Below are positions 30,918 to 39,719 of a DNA stretch of 64,000 nucleotides, one piece after another; within the stretch, counting starts at the first letter, position 1, and each line of letters starts with the position of its first letter. Made by a program: the position numbers and the translations under genes. The stretch is from Alphaproteobacteria bacterium. Its GTDB lineage: Bacteria; Pseudomonadota; Alphaproteobacteria; CACIAM-22H2. The notes under the pieces are model-generated. The model made no database searches. It saw nothing but the letters and a program-made list of their open reading frames with translations, and was not told where the DNA came from. The stretch spans positions 59,424-123,423 of the forward strand of contig DATJPD010000100.1 in assembly GCA_035506575.1 (NCBI GenBank), in the 5' to 3' direction.

Positions 30918-32252
30918 CTATGGCGCCAGCCACACCGCCCCGATCAGAAGCGTGATCACCGTCAGCGGCACGCCGACCCGGCAGTAATCCCACAGGCCGA
31001 TCTCGACCCCTGATGCCGCGGCGCGCTGCACGACGATCAAATTGGCGATCGAGCCGAGCACCGTCAGGTTGCCCGCGAGGGTCGACGCCATGGCGACGAC
31101 GAGCCACGCCCGGTCGTGATCGGCCAGCGGAGCGATGAACGGCTTCATCATCAAGACCGCGGGCACGTTGCTGACCACGTTCGACAGCACGGCCGTGACG
31201 AGGGTCAGCATCGGCACGTCGTCCAGGTGCAGCCGGCCGATCGCCGCGACGGCGTCGGGCGTGAGCAGGGTGCGCTCGGCCCCGGCGACGATGATGAAGA
31301 GGCCCGCGAACATCAGGAGCAGCGACCAGTCGATCTCGTCATAGATGCGCCGGCTCTTGAGCCTGCGGGTGAGCAGCAACAGGCCGCCGATGATGATCGC
31401 GGCCTTGGCCGGCACCACGCCCGCGAAGAACAGCGCGATCATGATCGATGTGGCAAACAGGGTGCGCACCAGGATGGCGCGGTTGGGGCGCATGTCGAGC
31501 TTCGGGGGGACCAGCCCCGCGGCTCCCGCGAACTCGTGGCGGTGCAGGAGCACGATGAGGCCGACGGTCACGACGAGCCCCGCGAGTGCCACCGGCCCCA
31601 AGGCTGCGGCGAAGCTCGCATAGGGAATATGCGAGAAGCTGCCGATCATGATGTTTTGCGGATTGCCGGTGACGGTCGCGGTCGAGCCGACATTCGAGGC
31701 CATGGCCACCGCCAGCAGGTAGGGCACGGGCTTGCGGCCGGTCGCCACGGTCAATTCGACGACCAGCGGCGCCAGGACCAGGCAGATCGCGTCGTTCACC
31801 AGGAAGGCCGAGAACACGCCGGAGATCGCGACCACGGCGCAGAGGAGGAGGAACGGCCGGCGGGCGCGCTCGGTCAGCCAGGCCGTGGCGACCGCGAAGA
31901 AGCCGGAGAGCCTGAGGCTCGCGACCACGATCATCATGCCGAGGAGCAAGGTGATCGTGTCGAGGTCGATCGCCGCATAGGCATCGGCGAGCGGCAAGGC
32001 GCCCGAGGCCACCATCAGCCCGGCCCCCGCAAGGGCGATGCCCGCGCGGTCGATGCGCAGGCCGGGGATGCGGCCGATGGCGAGGGCCGCGTAGCTGGCG
32101 ACGAAGATGACGGCGGCGGCGATCCGCACCCCGTCGGGCAGCAGCCCCGCGGCCAGGGCGACCGCGACCACGAGCGTCACGAGCAAGAGGCTCACGACGC
32201 CGCGCCAGCGTCGCGGCTCCCCTTGAGTCCCGCTCACGGTGTCTTGAACCAA
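30918..32252 (-). CDS. ArsB/NhaD-superfamily anion permease
   Basis: 444 aa, ~12 TM helices with the conserved GNPQNIMIGS motif. Confidence 0.75.
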   Translation of the reverse strand: MVQDTVSGTQGEPRRWRGVVSLLLVTLVVAVALAAGLLPDGVRIAAAVIFVASYAALAIGRIPGLRIDRAGIALAGAGLMVASGALPLADAYAAIDLDTITLLLGMMIVVASLRLSGFFAVATAWLTERARRPFLLLCAVVAISGVFSAFLVNDAICLVLAPLVVELTVATGRKPVPYLLAVAMASNVGSTATVTGNPQNIMIGSFSHIPYASFAAALGPVALAGLVVTVGLIVLLHRHEFAGAAGLVPPKLDMRPNRAILVRTLFATSIMIALFFAGVVPAKAAIIIGGLLLLTRRLKSRRIYDEIDWSLLLMFAGLFIIVAGAERTLLTPDAVAAIGRLHLDDVPMLTLVTAVLSNVVSNVPAVLMMKPFIAPLADHDRAWLVVAMASTLAGNLTVLGSIANLIVVQRAAASGVEIGLWDYCRVGVPLTVITLLIGAVWLAP

Positions 32253-32800
32253 TCGCGCGCGCGCTGTTCGTAGGCACGCTCCACGGCCTCGGCCCAGGCG
32301 CGCGGATCGTTCGCCATCAAGGGCGGCGGCGCCTGCCCTGTCTGCTCGACCAGGCGCCGCTCCACCGACTCATGCTCCTCGATCCTCCCGTCGGCCAGGA
32401 TGTGGCGGATGGCAAGGCCGGACGACTTCAGATGGCGCGCGACCAGGATGGTGCGGTGACAGTCGAGCGGCTCGCGCTCGGCGCACATGAAGGCGACGCG
32501 GTAGCGCTCCGCCCCTTCGCGCAGGCGCTGAAGGCCGCGCCGGAAGGAGTCGCTGCGCGCGATCTCGTCCCGCGTCACGCCCTGGCGCTTGCCGCCCAGC
32601 TCTTCGCCCAGGAACACGTAGGCGATTCCGGCCGCCTGCAGATGTGCCGCCAGGCTTTCGCGCCGGAACTGCGGGTTGAAGCGCGAGTACGGCGTGGTGC
32701 GCACGTCGGCGAGTGCGGTGATGCCGTGCCGGCCCAGCAGCGACAGGAAATGCCCGGCCGGATGGTTCGAGTGGCCGATGGTGAAGATGTCGGTTGCCAC
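32234..32800 (-). CDS. DUF488 domain protein
   Basis: GTG start giving VATDIFTIGHSNH, the typical DUF488 N-terminus. The track ORF N-extension (to 32854) is the translated hairpin repeat. Confidence 0.6.
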   Translation of the reverse strand: MATDIFTIGHSNHPAGHFLSLLGRHGITALADVRTTPYSRFNPQFRRESLAAHLQAAGIAYVFLGEELGGKRQGVTRDEIARSDSFRRGLQRLREGAERYRVAFMCAEREPLDCHRTILVARHLKSSGLAIRHILADGRIEEHESVERRLVEQTGQAPPPLMANDPRAWAEAVERAYEQRARDWFKTP

Positions 32801-32804
32801 GGAC

Positions 32805-32850
32805 GCGAGCTTAAGCCCCTCTCCCGTGAAACGGGAGAGGGTGAGGCTCC
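32805..32850. repeat. Hairpin repeat CCCCTCTCCCG-TGAAA-CGGGAGAGGG followed by TGAGG
   Basis: Perfect 10-bp stem just 3' of ilvE; same core as the element at 12540-12700. Confidence 0.55.
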
Positions 32851-32854
32851 GCAA

Positions 32855-33733
32855 TTACGCCCGCGTCAGCGCCTCGAAGTCGGCCAGCAGGTTCTTGGTG
32901 ATCGTGCCGGGCGTGAACTTGTAGTCACCGATGGAGGCGATGGGCGTGATCTCGGCGGCCGTCCCGGTGAGGAACGCCTCGGTTGCCTTGCCCATTTCCT
33001 GCGGCATGATCGCGCGCTCGACGACCTTGTACTGGCGCTGACGCGCGAGGCCCATCACGGTGCGCCGGGTGATGCCGTCGAGGAAGCAATCGGCCTTGGG
33101 CGTGTGGATCTCGCCGTCCATGACGAAGAACACGTTGGCCCCGGTGGTCTCGGCCACCTGGCCGCGCCAGTCGAGCATCAGCGCATCCGAGTAGCCGGCG
33201 GCCTCGGCCGCGTGCTTCTCGAGCGTGCAGATCATGTAGAGACCGGTCGCCTTGGCGAGGCAGGGCGAGGTCGCGGGATCGGGCCGCCGGTATTTCGCCA
33301 TGCACAGCTTGAGACCCTTCATCTTGGCCTCGGTGCCGAAATAAGCGCCCCAGTCCCACGACGCGATGGCAACGTGGATCTTGGTCTGCTGGGCGGCGAC
33401 CCCCATCTGCTCGGCGCCGCGCCAGGCGATCGGCCGCACATAGCCGTCCTTCATCTTGTTGGCGGCCACGACCTCGTTGGTGGCGGAGTCGATCTGCTCG
33501 ACCGTCATCGGCACGTCGAAGCCGAGGATCTTGCCGGAATCGATCAGGCGCTGGCTGTGCTCGCGCAGCTTGAAGACCTTGCCGCCGTAGATGCGCTCGC
33601 CCTCGAACACGGCGCTGCCGTAATGGAGCGCGTGCGTCAGGACGTGGATCTTCGCCTCGCGCCAGGGGACGAGCTTCCCGTCCATCCAGATCCAGCCGTC
33701 GCGATCATCATAGGGTTGGCTTGTGGCGACCAT
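32855..33733 (-). CDS. ilvE: Branched-chain amino acid aminotransferase
   Basis: Class-IV aminotransferase pattern with conserved blocks matching IlvE (…EVVAANKMKDGYVRP…GEIHTPKADCFLDGITRR…); 292 aa. Confidence 0.9.
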   Translation of the reverse strand: MVATSQPYDDRDGWIWMDGKLVPWREAKIHVLTHALHYGSAVFEGERIYGGKVFKLREHSQRLIDSGKILGFDVPMTVEQIDSATNEVVAANKMKDGYVRPIAWRGAEQMGVAAQQTKIHVAIASWDWGAYFGTEAKMKGLKLCMAKYRRPDPATSPCLAKATGLYMICTLEKHAAEAAGYSDALMLDWRGQVAETTGANVFFVMDGEIHTPKADCFLDGITRRTVMGLARQRQYKVVERAIMPQEMGKATEAFLTGTAAEITPIASIGDYKFTPGTITKNLLADFEALTRA

Positions 33734-33855
33734 GGCGCATCCTCGCCGTTAACGCTTGCTGTTACTTCTTCTCCTGCCGCCCCACGGTACTCTACGCATC
33801 GGGCGGGCGGGTAGTTCCAAAGCGGTGACCGGTAACTTTATCTCCGCCTGGGCTT

Positions 33856-33900
33856 GCAAAAGGAAACACTTTTGCGCGATTATGTCAATAACACTGACAT
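33856..33900. promoter_or_regulatory. Two palindromes upstream of marR (GCAAAAG-gaaacac-CTTTTGC and ATGTCA-ataacac-TGACAT)
   Basis: Both dyads carry an AACAC centre, 24-68 bp upstream of the marR ATG. Candidate MarR operators. Confidence 0.45.
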
Positions 33901-33923
33901 AGTTTCAGGATTGCGAGAACCGC

Positions 33924-34475
33924 ATGGCGACCCCGAGACCGCGGGCCCGTCCCGACCCAGGCGCCCCATGGAGCGAGGAGCAGATCCGCGAGGGGATCGA
34001 ACTCCTGTTCTTCGCCTATCGTGATTTCACCTCGGACCCGGACCGCATCCTCGCCCCGCTCGGCATGGGCCGCGCGCATCACCGGGTGGTGCATTTCGTC
34101 GGCCGCACCCCGGACATGACGGTGGGCGAGCTCCTGGCCATCCTCAAGATCACCAAGCAAAGCCTCGCCCGCGTGCTGGGGCAGCTGGTCCGCGAGGGGT
34201 ACATCGTCCAGCGCCCGGGTGCGACCGACCGGCGCGAGCGGCGGCTGCATCTGACCCCATCCGGCCAGGCGCTGGAGCGGCGCCTGTCCGAGCCGCAGCG
34301 CCAGCGCGTGGGCGCCGCCTACCGGGCGGCCGGACCCGCCGCCGTCGAGGCCTTCCGCCGCGTGCTGACCGCCCTCAGGACCCCCGAGCCGGCTCCCGGG
34401 ACGCCCGCCAATAAAGCAAACGTGAGGCAAAGCCCGCGCCGCACGCCTGGCGGGCGGCTTTCCGGCAAGTCGTAG
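33924..34475 (+). CDS. MarR family transcriptional regulator
   Basis: wHTH (MTVGELLAILKITKQSLARVLGQLVREGYIVQRP...DRRERRLHLT); 183 aa. Confidence 0.85.
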   Translation: MATPRPRARPDPGAPWSEEQIREGIELLFFAYRDFTSDPDRILAPLGMGRAHHRVVHFVGRTPDMTVGELLAILKITKQSLARVLGQLVREGYIVQRPGATDRRERRLHLTPSGQALERRLSEPQRQRVGAAYRAAGPAAVEAFRRVLTALRTPEPAPGTPANKANVRQSPRRTPGGRLSGKS

Positions 34476-34485
34476 CTGGGCTACC

Positions 34486-35196
34486 TTGCCGGCCATGACA
34501 GGCTCCGACGCCGCCCATATCCTGGTCGTCGACGACGATTCACGGCTGCGGGAGCTGCTGCGCAAATTCCTCAGCGAGCGCGGGTTCCGCGTCACGACGG
34601 CGGCGAATGCCGCCGATGCCGAGGCGAAGCTGGGCTCTCTCGAATTCGACCTGATGATCCTGGACGTGATGATGCCGGGCGAAGACGGCGTTGCGCTGAC
34701 GCGGCGGCTGCGCCAGAGCCGCGTGCTGCCCATCCTCCTGCTGACCGCCCGCGCCGAAGCGCAGGACCGCATCGCGGGCCTCGCCAGCGGCGCCGACGAT
34801 TACCTGCCCAAGCCCTTCGAGCCCGACGAGCTCCTGCTGCGGGTGAAGGCGATCCTGAGACGCGCCCCGCCGCCGTCGGCGGCGCCGGCCGAGATCCGCT
34901 TCGGGCCGTTCCGCTTCGACCTCGGCCGCGAGGAGCTGCTGCAGGCAACCGACGGCAGCGCCGAGCAGCCCGTCCGGCTGACGGCGGCCGAGGCGTCGCT
35001 GCTGAAGGTGCTGGCCGCGAGCCCGGATGCGCCGGTGTCGCGCCAGGAGCTGTTGCAACACTCGCGCATTTCCGGCAATGAGCGCACGGTCGACGTCCAG
35101 GTGACACGGTTGCGGCGTAAGATCGAAGCCGATCCGCGCCTGCCGCGCTACTTGCAGACGGTGCGGGGCGCCGGCTACGTGCTGCGGACAGGCTGA
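34486..35196 (+). CDS. OmpR-family response regulator
   Basis: REC domain (LVVDDD...D...LLTAR) plus C-terminal winged-helix trans_reg_C (RLTAAEASLLKVL...GAGYVL). Confidence 0.9.
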   Translation: MPAMTGSDAAHILVVDDDSRLRELLRKFLSERGFRVTTAANAADAEAKLGSLEFDLMILDVMMPGEDGVALTRRLRQSRVLPILLLTARAEAQDRIAGLASGADDYLPKPFEPDELLLRVKAILRRAPPPSAAPAEIRFGPFRFDLGREELLQATDGSAEQPVRLTAAEASLLKVLAASPDAPVSRQELLQHSRISGNERTVDVQVTRLRRKIEADPRLPRYLQTVRGAGYVLRTG

Positions 35197-35202
35197 GGCT
35201 TC

Positions 35203-36519
35203 ATGGCTTTCTCGCTCAAGAACTACCTGCCGCACTCGCTGTTCGGGCGCGCGATCCTGATCCTGGTGATGCCGCTCATCATCGTCCAGGGGATCGCCGC
35301 CTTCGTCTTCTACGACCGCGTGTGGGACGTGGTGACGCGGCGCCTCACCACGGCGGTCGCGGGCGAGATCGGCATGGTGGTGCAGCTCCTCGGCCGCTAT
35401 CCCGACCCGGCGACGCGCAACTGGATCTTCGAGACCGTCGCCAACGAAAACGAGCTGCGCTTCAACCTTCGGCCCAACGCCATCCTCAGCAACGACGGAC
35501 CGGTACTCGGCAACGGCATCCTCGAGCAGCGCCTGGTGAACGCGATGAACGAGCGCGTGCGCCGGCCCTTCCGCCTCAACGTGTGGGGCGATCCCGCCGA
35601 CGTGCTCATCGACGTGCAGCTGCCCGAGGGCGTGCTCTACGTGCGCACGCCGCGCGGCCGGCTGTTCACCACCACCTCCTACGTGTTCATCCTGTGGATG
35701 GTGGGCTCGTCGCTGATCATGTTCGCGATCGCGTCCGTCTTCATGCGCAACCAGGTACGGCCGATCCAGCAGCTCGCGACCGCGGCCGAGGAGTTCGGCA
35801 AGGGCCGCGACACGCCGGAGTTCAAGCCCTACGGGGCGGCCGAGGTGCGGCGGGCGGCCGCGGCGTTCGTGATCATGCGCGAGCGCATCCGGCGGTTCGT
35901 CGCGCAACGGACCGAAATGCTGGCCGGCGTCAGCCACGATCTCAGGACGCCGCTCACCCGCATGAAGCTCGAGCTCGCGATGCTCGGCGATTCCCCCTCG
36001 GTCGCCGGGCTCAAGACCGACGTTGGCGACATGGAGCGGATGGTCGAAAGCTACCTCGCCTTCGTGCGCGGCGAGGGCGAGGAGCAGACGGAATCGACCG
36101 ACCTTTCCAAGCTGCTCGAGGACATCGCCGCCAACGCGCGGCGCGACGGGAATTCCGTGTCGCTCACGACGGTGGGCGATCTCGTCCTGCCGCTGCGGCC
36201 GCAGGCGATCAAGCGCAGCCTGACCAACCTCGTCGCCAACGCGACGCGGCACGCGGCCCAGGTGTCGATCGCGGCCGAGCGCCACAACCGCGCGGTCGAG
36301 GTGGTGATCGACGATGACGGCCCCGGCATCCCCGAGCAGGCGCGCGAGGAGGTGTTCAAGCCGTTCTACCGGCTCGATCCCTCGCGCAACCCCGACACCG
36401 GCGGCGTCGGCCTGGGCCTCACCATCGCGCGCGACGTGGTGAGCAGCCACGGCGGCAATATCCAGCTCGACTCGTCGCCGATGGGCGGCCTGCGTGCCCG
36501 CATCCGGCTTCCGGTTTGA
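35203..36519 (+). CDS. EnvZ-like sensor histidine kinase (2 TM, HAMP, HisKA, HATPase_c)
   Basis: H-box VSHDLRTPLTRM and N/G1/G2 boxes; 438 aa. Confidence 0.88.
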   Translation: MAFSLKNYLPHSLFGRAILILVMPLIIVQGIAAFVFYDRVWDVVTRRLTTAVAGEIGMVVQLLGRYPDPATRNWIFETVANENELRFNLRPNAILSNDGPVLGNGILEQRLVNAMNERVRRPFRLNVWGDPADVLIDVQLPEGVLYVRTPRGRLFTTTSYVFILWMVGSSLIMFAIASVFMRNQVRPIQQLATAAEEFGKGRDTPEFKPYGAAEVRRAAAAFVIMRERIRRFVAQRTEMLAGVSHDLRTPLTRMKLELAMLGDSPSVAGLKTDVGDMERMVESYLAFVRGEGEEQTESTDLSKLLEDIAANARRDGNSVSLTTVGDLVLPLRPQAIKRSLTNLVANATRHAAQVSIAAERHNRAVEVVIDDDGPGIPEQAREEVFKPFYRLDPSRNPDTGGVGLGLTIARDVVSSHGGNIQLDSSPMGGLRARIRLPV

Positions 36520-36553
36520 TTTCAGGACTCATCCGTCGTATGAAGCGCCCGTC

Positions 36554-37183
36554 ATGACGTCTTCGCTCGATCTCGACGCGCTGGCCGCCACCGAGCTGCG
36601 CCGGCAACCCTACGACTACGTGGTCGTGCCGAATTTCGTCCGCGCTGCGGCGTTCGAGGAGATCGTCGCCGACTATCCCGAGATCGCGCGCACCGGCTCC
36701 TACCCGCCGTCGGAGCTGCGCTACGGCCGGCGCTTCGCCTCGTTCCTGGCCGAGCTCGAAGGCCCCGGGTTCCGCCACGCGATCGAGCGGAAATTCGGCC
36801 TCAGCCTCGACGGCCGGCCGACCATGATCACGGTGCGCGGCCGCACCGGCGGCGGCGACGGCTATATCCACACCGACACGGCGACCAAGATCATCACCGT
36901 GCTCATCTACTTCAACCGCGGCTGGGAGGCCGACGGCGGCCGGCTGCGCATCCTGCGGGGCCCCAGCGATCTCAACGACTACGCCGAGGAGGTGAGCCCG
37001 TACGGCGGCACGCTCCTCGCCTTCCGCCGCTCCGAGACCTCCTGGCATGGCCACGAAAAGTTCGACGGCCAGCGCCGCGCCATCCAGCTCAACTGGGTCA
37101 CCGACATGAACGTCGTCAACCGCGAGCTGGCGCGCCACCGCGTCTCGGCGTTTTTCAAGAAGCTGAACCCCTTCGCGGCCTGA
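36554..37183 (+). CDS. 2OG-Fe(II) oxygenase superfamily protein
   Basis: YDYVVVPNF N-terminal block and HTD…H metal triad pattern; internal ATG of ORF 36494..37183. Confidence 0.6.
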   Translation: MTSSLDLDALAATELRRQPYDYVVVPNFVRAAAFEEIVADYPEIARTGSYPPSELRYGRRFASFLAELEGPGFRHAIERKFGLSLDGRPTMITVRGRTGGGDGYIHTDTATKIITVLIYFNRGWEADGGRLRILRGPSDLNDYAEEVSPYGGTLLAFRRSETSWHGHEKFDGQRRAIQLNWVTDMNVVNRELARHRVSAFFKKLNPFAA

Positions 37184-37204
37184 GCCCGGCCCGCGGCGGG
37201 GCCA

Positions 37205-37399
37205 TCACAGGGCGGCGTGGTCGTGGCCGAGCCGGCCCAGCCCGTGCTCCGCTTCGATGGCCGCTGCCAGCTTGTCGTATTCCTGGGCCACGGCGAGCCG
37301 CACCCGGCGCTTTTCCGCGTCGGCGATCCTGAGGGCCTGTTCTCGCTGACGGTGGGCCTCGGCGCGCAAGGTCGCGGGGGTCGGCAGGCGTTTCGCCAT
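37205..37399 (-). CDS. Hypothetical 64-aa protein
   Basis: AGGAG RBS upstream of the ATG; same strand as, and downstream of, the XRE regulator. Confidence 0.35.
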   Translation of the reverse strand: MAKRLPTPATLRAEAHRQREQALRIADAEKRRVRLAVAQEYDKLAAAIEAEHGLGRLGHDHAAL

Positions 37400-37538
37400 A
37401 CCCTGTTGCTCCTGATGACGTCCCATTGCCCGGCACCCATGCCACCAGACGGCGCGCCTTGAGGCAAGCAGGCAGCCGGCGCGTCTTGCGCAAAATGTTC
37501 AGAAGTAAATCGACCGTCCGGCAGCCTGCCGGGCGCGC

Positions 37539-37970
37539 TCAGGCGATGACCGCGCCCGCCGGCGCGGCGTACTGCGCCTTGCCCTGGTATTCCCGCGCGA
37601 GGCTCAAAAGGCCGATGCGGATGTCGCGGTTGGCAGGTCTTCGCGCCAGCCAGGCGATGAGCTGGGCCTGGCTCAGGTAGAACTCGCGATCGAAGGCGAA
37701 CGGACGGACGGATGGCTGCACGTACCGGACCACGCCTTCGCCCCCCTCGTCATCGGGGGGCATGAACTGCAGGCCGGCCTGCTCGAACGCCTCGCGGAAC
37801 TGACGGCGGGTGGAGGCGCGGACCGTGTAGCCGCGTTCGAAGCGCACCACGGTCATCCGAATCGCGCCGGCGTGGCGCGCGAGGTCGCTCTGCGTCCACT
37901 CGAGCAGCGCCCGCGCCGCCCGGCACTGGGCCGCCGAAATCAATCCCGTGCGTGCCATCGCCCGCGTCAT
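37539..37970 (-). CDS. XRE-family HTH transcriptional regulator
   Basis: HTH_XRE: ISAAQCRAARALLEWTQSDLARHAGAIRMTVVRFERG; 143 aa. Confidence 0.7.
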   Translation of the reverse strand: MTRAMARTGLISAAQCRAARALLEWTQSDLARHAGAIRMTVVRFERGYTVRASTRRQFREAFEQAGLQFMPPDDEGGEGVVRYVQPSVRPFAFDREFYLSQAQLIAWLARRPANRDIRIGLLSLAREYQGKAQYAAPAGAVIA

Positions 37971-38051
37971 GACCTTACTATTATAAGGTGACTTTGCTGG
38001 ACGAACTCAAGGGCTTCGGTGAGCGGACGAGCCGCCTTGCGCCGGGTGCCA

Positions 38052-39719
38052 TCAGCCGTCGATGACGCTGCGCAGGCGGCCGGCCAGATCGGCGACCGCG
38101 TAGGGCTTCGGCAGGTAGGCCACGTCCGGCGCGGGGTCGGCGCCGGCGGCGACATCGCCCGCAAACCCTGATGTGACCAGGACCTTCAGGCCGGGACGCA
38201 GCTCACGGGCCAGCCGGACCAGCTCGATCCCGCTGATCCCCTCCGGCATGACCACATCGGTGAACAGCACGTCGATCGCCTCGGGACCGCGCAGGATGGT
38301 CAGGGCGAGCGGGCCGTTCGCGGCGTGGAGAACGCGATACCCAAGCTCACCGATGACCTGGATCGCGGAATCGCGGACCAGGTCGTTGTCCTCGACGACC
38401 AGGATCGTCTCGCTCCCGCCGCTGGCCTCGCCCGCGGTCGCCTGACCTGCGGCGGCAGAGGGAGACTCGTGGGTCCGCGCGAGGTACAGGTGGACGCGCG
38501 TCCCCGTGCCGGGGGCGGTGTCGATCGCGACCGCGCCCTGCGCCTGCTTGACGAAGCCGTAGACCTGGCTGAGGCCGAGACCGCTACCCTTGCCGACATC
38601 CTTCGTGGTGAAGAACGGCTCGACGGCCCGCGCGACGATCTCGGGGGCCATGCCCGCCCCCGTATCCGCAACCGTGATGCACACGTACTGCCCCGGTTCC
38701 AGACCGGCCGGGTGCTGCACGCCCGCCGCGGCGGCCGAACCGATGTCGGCGTTGGATGTCCTGATCTCGATCGTGCCTCCCTCGGGCATCGCATCGCGCG
38801 CGTTGACCACCAGGTTGAGGACCGCGGCTTCGAGCTGGCCGGCATCGAGCCAACACGGCCACACGCCGGCGCCGAGCCGGAGCTGCAGTGCCGCGCGCTC
38901 TCCGGCGGCACGACGCAGCAGCGGCTCGAAGCGGTCTATCGCCGCGTTCACCTCCACGGCTTCGAACCGCAGGGGATCGCGGCGCCCGAACGCCAGCATC
39001 TGGTTCGTGAGGTGGCTGCATTCCTGCGTCGCGTTCAGCGCCAGGGTCACGGCCTTCAACAGCTTGTCGCGGCTGCCCGCATCCCATTTGAGGATGCCCC
39101 GCTCCAGTCGTTCGACGGCGCCGACGATGACCGTCAGCAGATTGTTGAAGTCGTGGGCGATGCCGCCGGTGAGGCGCCCCAGCGCGTCGAGCTTCTGGGC
39201 GTGACGCAGCGCCTCCTCGGTCTCGGCGCGCTGGCGCATTTCCTCGACCAGACGTTGGCCCACGTCCGCGATCTCTTGCGTCCGTTCGGCCACCCTCTGC
39301 TCCAGAATCTCGTTCTGCCGGCGCAGATCGAGCTCGGCACGCCGAAGCCGGAACATGGCACGTACGGTGGCGACGAGCTCCTCCGGCTCCATCGGCTCGA
39401 CAAGATACGAATCGGCACCGCCCTCCAGCGCCACGGCGCGATCGTCGGGGCCGGTGAACGCCGCCGATGTCTGCAGCACGAGCACGCTCGGATCGTCCGC
39501 CTTGAGCTGCCGGCAGACTTCGATGCCGCCGATGTCGGGCAGCTTCACATCCAGCAGCACGAGGCCTGGCGTGTCCGCCCGTACGCTGTCAAGCGCTTGG
39601 CCGCCGCGCTCCGCCTCGGCCACCTGGTAGCCGGCGCGCTCGAGCACCCGGCGCTTGAAGTAACGCTGGCCATCGTCGTCGTCGACGACCAGGACGGTTT
39701 CGCGACCGGTGGTGTTCAT
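38052..39719 (-). CDS. Hybrid sensor histidine kinase/response regulator (REC-HisKA-HATPase_c-REC)
   Basis: N-terminal REC (VLVVDDDDGQ), H-box GGIAHDFNNLL, ATPase G-boxes, C-terminal REC (ILVVEDNDLV). Start overlaps the upstream stop by 4 nt. Confidence 0.88.
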   Translation of the reverse strand: MNTTGRETVLVVDDDDGQRYFKRRVLERAGYQVAEAERGGQALDSVRADTPGLVLLDVKLPDIGGIEVCRQLKADDPSVLVLQTSAAFTGPDDRAVALEGGADSYLVEPMEPEELVATVRAMFRLRRAELDLRRQNEILEQRVAERTQEIADVGQRLVEEMRQRAETEEALRHAQKLDALGRLTGGIAHDFNNLLTVIVGAVERLERGILKWDAGSRDKLLKAVTLALNATQECSHLTNQMLAFGRRDPLRFEAVEVNAAIDRFEPLLRRAAGERAALQLRLGAGVWPCWLDAGQLEAAVLNLVVNARDAMPEGGTIEIRTSNADIGSAAAAGVQHPAGLEPGQYVCITVADTGAGMAPEIVARAVEPFFTTKDVGKGSGLGLSQVYGFVKQAQGAVAIDTAPGTGTRVHLYLARTHESPSAAAGQATAGEASGGSETILVVEDNDLVRDSAIQVIGELGYRVLHAANGPLALTILRGPEAIDVLFTDVVMPEGISGIELVRLARELRPGLKVLVTSGFAGDVAAGADPAPDVAYLPKPYAVADLAGRLRSVIDG

